A stretch of 64,000 bases of DNA from Steroidobacteraceae bacterium (GTDB lineage: Bacteria > Pseudomonadota > Gammaproteobacteria > Steroidobacterales > Steroidobacteraceae): NCBI GenBank assembly GCA_046347255.1, contig JAXMGO010000007.1, forward strand, positions 18,031 to 82,030, in the 5' to 3' direction. The position numbers were made by a program, and so were the translations under genes. Below, one piece after another: positions 61,016 through 64,000 of the stretch. The notes under the pieces were generated by a model. The model did not search any database and was not told where the DNA came from. It saw nothing but the letters and a program-made list of their open reading frames with translations. Positions within the stretch are counted from its first letter, which is position 1. Every line of letters starts with the position of its first letter.

Positions 61016-62866
61016 ATGCGTACCGCTGAAGATCTTTTACTCGAACTGCATTCGGTGGATGAATCCCATCGGATCGAGGCGAAGCGCGCGACACAGATCG
61101 ATCGGTCGGTTCTGGAGACCGTGTGCGCGTTCAGTAACGAGCCCGGCCTCGGCGGGGGCTATTTGCTCCTGGGCGTCGCGCACGATTCCGGCGATCTCTT
61201 CAACAACAAGTATGTAGTGGATGGCATCAGCAACCCTGACAAGTTGCAGTCCGATCTCGCCAGTCAATGCGCCAGCGCGTTGAACCGTCCCGTGCGGCCA
61301 CGAATCTCTGTCGAGACGTTGCAGGGCAAGTCAGTCCTTGTGGTCTTCGTACCGGAGGCCGCTCCGACCGAAAAGCCTGTTTTCCTTTCCAATCTCGGTC
61401 TTCCCAGAGGCGCATTCCGCCGCATCGGTTCCACGGATCAGGAAGGCACGGAAGATGACCTGATCGCTCTCTACGCTGGACACCAGCAGGACACTTACGA
61501 CGGCGCGGTTGTGCAGGACGGTGATCTTTCCGACATCGATCCGGCAGCCATCGCGGACTATCGAGAGCAGCGTCGACGTATCAATCCGGACGCCGAGGAG
61601 CTGACATGGTCCGACGCTGATCTGCTTCGCGCCGTGGGTGGCGCCAAGCTTGAAGGAAATCAGCTGAGGCCCACCGTGGCTGGCGTCTTGCTGTTCGGTA
61701 CTGCTGCCGCTCTCCGACGTTGTTTCCCGATGATGCGTATCGACTACATTCGCGTCGCTGGGAGGCAATGGATCGAGAATCCGGAACATCGCTTCGACAC
61801 GTTGGAAATCCGTGCACCATTGCTGACCGCCATTCGGCGCGCCACGAATGCCGTGCGGGATGAGCTCATCCAGTCCTTCTCCCTTCCGGAGGGTTCTCTC
61901 GCGCGAGAGGACGAGCCCGCTCTGCCGCTTCGGGTCATACGCGAAGCCGTGGTGAATGCCGTCATGCACCGCAGCTACCGCACGCACGGCGCCATTCAGA
62001 TCATCCGCTATGCCAACCGGCTGGAAGTGCGCAATCCCGGGCATTCGATCAAGGCCGAAGAGCAGCTGGGGGAAGCCGGGTCCGAAACCCGCAATCCGCG
62101 GATAGCGGCGGTTCTGCATGATGTGAACGTCGCCGAGACCAAAGGCAGCGGCATCCGCGCCATGCGCGAATTGATGCTGGCACAGAACCTCCTACCGCCT
62201 GCGTTCGAGTCGACCCGCCGGCCGGACCAGTTCGTTGCCACCTTCCTGTTCCATCACTTTCTGGGCGATTCCGACCTGGCCTGGTTGCGGCGGCTCTCCC
62301 AGGAGGCGCTCTCCGACGAGGAATCCCGGGCCCTGGTGTTCGTTCGCGAGGTTGGGGCAATCGACAACGCCGCGTACCGAGCCATCAACCGAACAGACAC
62401 CTTGAACGCCTCTGCGCATCTGCGGCGCCTGCGTGATTTGGGTCTGTTCGAGATGAAAGGCGCCGGCAACCGGGTCTACTACGTACCCTCGGCCACCTTC
62501 TCCCGCTGTCTGGAACCGCAGGCCCAGCCCGCACCCGCGGATTCCCACCAGCTATCCACGGATCCCCACCAGGTATCCCAGGATCCCCACCAGCTACTGG
62601 CGCAGATGCCCGAGGCTCTCCGGGCTCGCTTGCCTGCGCCCGGCAGCAAACCCCGCAAGGACGTCTTGCGCAGACTTCTGCAGGATCTTTGCAGCTGGCG
62701 CGCGCTGAGCGCCAGAGAACTCGGAGCCATTCTCGCGCGCCGCGACCACAAGGAGCTGGTCCGCGAGCACTTGACCCCCATGGTGGCTGAGGGGGCTCTC
62801 GCCTACACCGTCCCGGAAATGGAAAACCATCCGGATCAGCGATACACGGCGGCTGCTCGCCCATGA
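61016..62866 (+). CDS. Schlafen/AlbA_2-domain + HATPase_c_4 + wHTH protein ('RecG-like transcriptional regulator' family)
   Basis: 616 aa. N-terminal AlbA_2-like segment (…HRIEAKRATQIDRSVLETVCAFSNEPGLGGGYLLLGV…), then a central ATPase-like region and a C-terminal winged helix. Three 21-nt tandem repeats near the 3' end. Confidence 0.65.
   Translation: MRTAEDLLLELHSVDESHRIEAKRATQIDRSVLETVCAFSNEPGLGGGYLLLGVAHDSGDLFNNKYVVDGISNPDKLQSDLASQCASALNRPVRPRISVETLQGKSVLVVFVPEAAPTEKPVFLSNLGLPRGAFRRIGSTDQEGTEDDLIALYAGHQQDTYDGAVVQDGDLSDIDPAAIADYREQRRRINPDAEELTWSDADLLRAVGGAKLEGNQLRPTVAGVLLFGTAAALRRCFPMMRIDYIRVAGRQWIENPEHRFDTLEIRAPLLTAIRRATNAVRDELIQSFSLPEGSLAREDEPALPLRVIREAVVNAVMHRSYRTHGAIQIIRYANRLEVRNPGHSIKAEEQLGEAGSETRNPRIAAVLHDVNVAETKGSGIRAMRELMLAQNLLPPAFESTRRPDQFVATFLFHHFLGDSDLAWLRRLSQEALSDEESRALVFVREVGAIDNAAYRAINRTDTLNASAHLRRLRDLGLFEMKGAGNRVYYVPSATFSRCLEPQAQPAPADSHQLSTDPHQVSQDPHQLLAQMPEALRARLPAPGSKPRKDVLRRLLQDLCSWRALSARELGAILARRDHKELVREHLTPMVAEGALAYTVPEMENHPDQRYTAAARP
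62540..62602 (+). repeat. 3 x 21-nt imperfect tandem repeat (GATyCCCACCAG…) inside Schlafen-like gene
   Basis: Copies at 62540-62560, 62561-62581, 62582-62602 encode DSHQLST/DPHQVSQ/DPHQLLA. Confidence 0.7.
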
Positions 62867-62897
62867 CCCTTCGCACACTGGCTGACAGACTGACACC

Positions 62898-64000
62898 ATG
62901 ACCGAGACTCCCGAACAGAAAGCCCGTCACGACATCGACGCGAAGCTCATCGCGTCCGGCTGGCTCGTGCAGGACCGCGATGACCTCGACCTGACCGCCA
63001 GTCGCGGCATCGCCGTTCGCGAGTTCCCGATGAAGTCCGGCTTCGGCTTCGCCGACTACCTCCTCTACCTCGACCGCAAGGCCGTGGGTGCGGTCGAAGC
63101 AAAGGCTGCCGGCACCCTGACCGGCGTCGAGGCGCAGTCGGCCAAATACGCGGCCGGCCTGCCGGAAAACCTGCCCGCACATCGCCGTCCGCTGCCTTTC
63201 CTGTTCGAGTCCAACGGCGCGGTGACATTTTTCACGAACGGCCTCGACCCGAGGCCGCGTAGCCGCAAGGTGTTCAGCTTCCCGCGCCCCGAAACGCTGG
63301 CCGAGTGGGTGAGTCAGCCCGCCTCGATGCGCGGCAATCTCACTCACCTGCCGCCGCTCGGGGATGCCGGCCTCTGGAAAGTGCAGCACCAGGCCATCAC
63401 CAGCCTCGAAGGCTCGCTCGCCAAGGGCAATCCGCGCTCGCTCGTGCAGATGGCCACGGGTTCGGGCAAGACCTTCACGGCAGTGAACGCCGCCTACCGC
63501 CTGCTCAAGTTCGGCGGCGCGAAGCGCATCCTGTTTCTCGTGGATCGCGGCAACCTCGGCAAGCAGACCGAGGACGAGTTCGCCAACTTCACGCCGCCCG
63601 ACGACACGCGCAAGTTCCCGACGCTGTACACCGTGCAGCGGCTCAAGAGCAATTCGATCAACCCGGCCGCCAAGGTCGTCATCACGACCATCCAGCGCCT
63701 GTATTCGATGCTGAAGGGCGAGCCGGACTTCGACGCCGAGAGCGAGGAAGGCTCCAGCTTCGACACTGCCAAGCCCTGGAAGGGAGAGCCGCCGGACGTC
63801 GTCTACAACGCCGGCATCCCGCCGGAATTCTTCGACGTAGTGATCGTGGACGAGTGCCACCGCTCCATCTACGAGCTGTGGGCGCAGGTGCTGCTGTACT
63901 TCGATGCCTTCCTGATCGGCCTCACCGCGACACCGGCCGGCCGCACCATCGGGTTCTTCAACAAGAACCTCGTGATGCAGTACGGCCACGACGAGGCCGT
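62898..64000 (+). CDS. hsdR: type I restriction enzyme R subunit (HsdR), N-terminal part; continues past window
   Basis: MTETPEQKARHDIDAKLIASGW… N-terminal nuclease-like region, then helicase motif I (MATGSGKT) and DEAH-like VVIVDECHRS. Confidence 0.85.
   Translation, partial: MTETPEQKARHDIDAKLIASGWLVQDRDDLDLTASRGIAVREFPMKSGFGFADYLLYLDRKAVGAVEAKAAGTLTGVEAQSAKYAAGLPENLPAHRRPLPFLFESNGAVTFFTNGLDPRPRSRKVFSFPRPETLAEWVSQPASMRGNLTHLPPLGDAGLWKVQHQAITSLEGSLAKGNPRSLVQMATGSGKTFTAVNAAYRLLKFGGAKRILFLVDRGNLGKQTEDEFANFTPPDDTRKFPTLYTVQRLKSNSINPAAKVVITTIQRLYSMLKGEPDFDAESEEGSSFDTAKPWKGEPPDVVYNAGIPPEFFDVVIVDECHRSIYELWAQVLLYFDAFLIGLTATPAGRTIGFFNKNLVMQYGHDEA

Larger units (their letters stand above)
55350..64000. 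other. accessory/defense island downstream of gmk (continues beyond window end)
   Basis: Abrupt change in gene content from conserved core genes to TA, Ubl-conjugation, AAA-ATPase, Schlafen-like and type I RM genes. Visibly lower GC (A/T-rich codons, e.g. 55.9-59.7 kb) than the ~70% GC core. Confidence 0.55.

Overview
High-GC (~68-70%) proteobacterial chromosomal segment spanning the replication-origin neighbourhood (gyrB-recF-dnaN-dnaA divergent from rpmH-rnpA-yidD-yidC-mnmE-mnmG), with ordinary housekeeping and respiratory loci: gnd, a rubrerythrin plus NfnAB-like fusion oxidoreductase, two SPFH/band-7 modules, trkAH, uvrD, an aa3-type cytochrome c oxidase biogenesis cluster (coxBA-ctaG-coxC-surf1-ctaA-ctaB), the bioBFHCD operon, ubiA, recG, spoT-rpoZ-gmk. 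Downstream of gmk (~55.4 kb onward) the composition drops to ~55-60% GC and the content switches to an accessory/defense island. The island carries a HigB-like toxin with an HTH plus ImmA/IrrE-peptidase partner, divergently oriented to a four-gene ubiquitin-like conjugation operon (Ubl - small E2-like - JAB deubiquitinase - E1/ThiF; Bil/6E-type). That operon is the most interesting candidate system in the window. The island continues with an AAA+ ATPase (DUF4143 type), a Schlafen/AlbA_2-HATPase wHTH protein and the 5' part of a type I restriction HsdR. A second striking signal is an ~8 kb stretch (12.8-20.8 kb) in which every essential gene (dnaA, rpmH, rnpA, yidD, yidC, mnmE, mnmG, plus an inserted RES-Xre toxin-antitoxin pair) carries multiple apparent frameshifts while flanking genes are intact. 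That pattern argues for localized sequence error rather than real pseudogenization. No rRNA, tRNA, CRISPR array or transposase was recognised.
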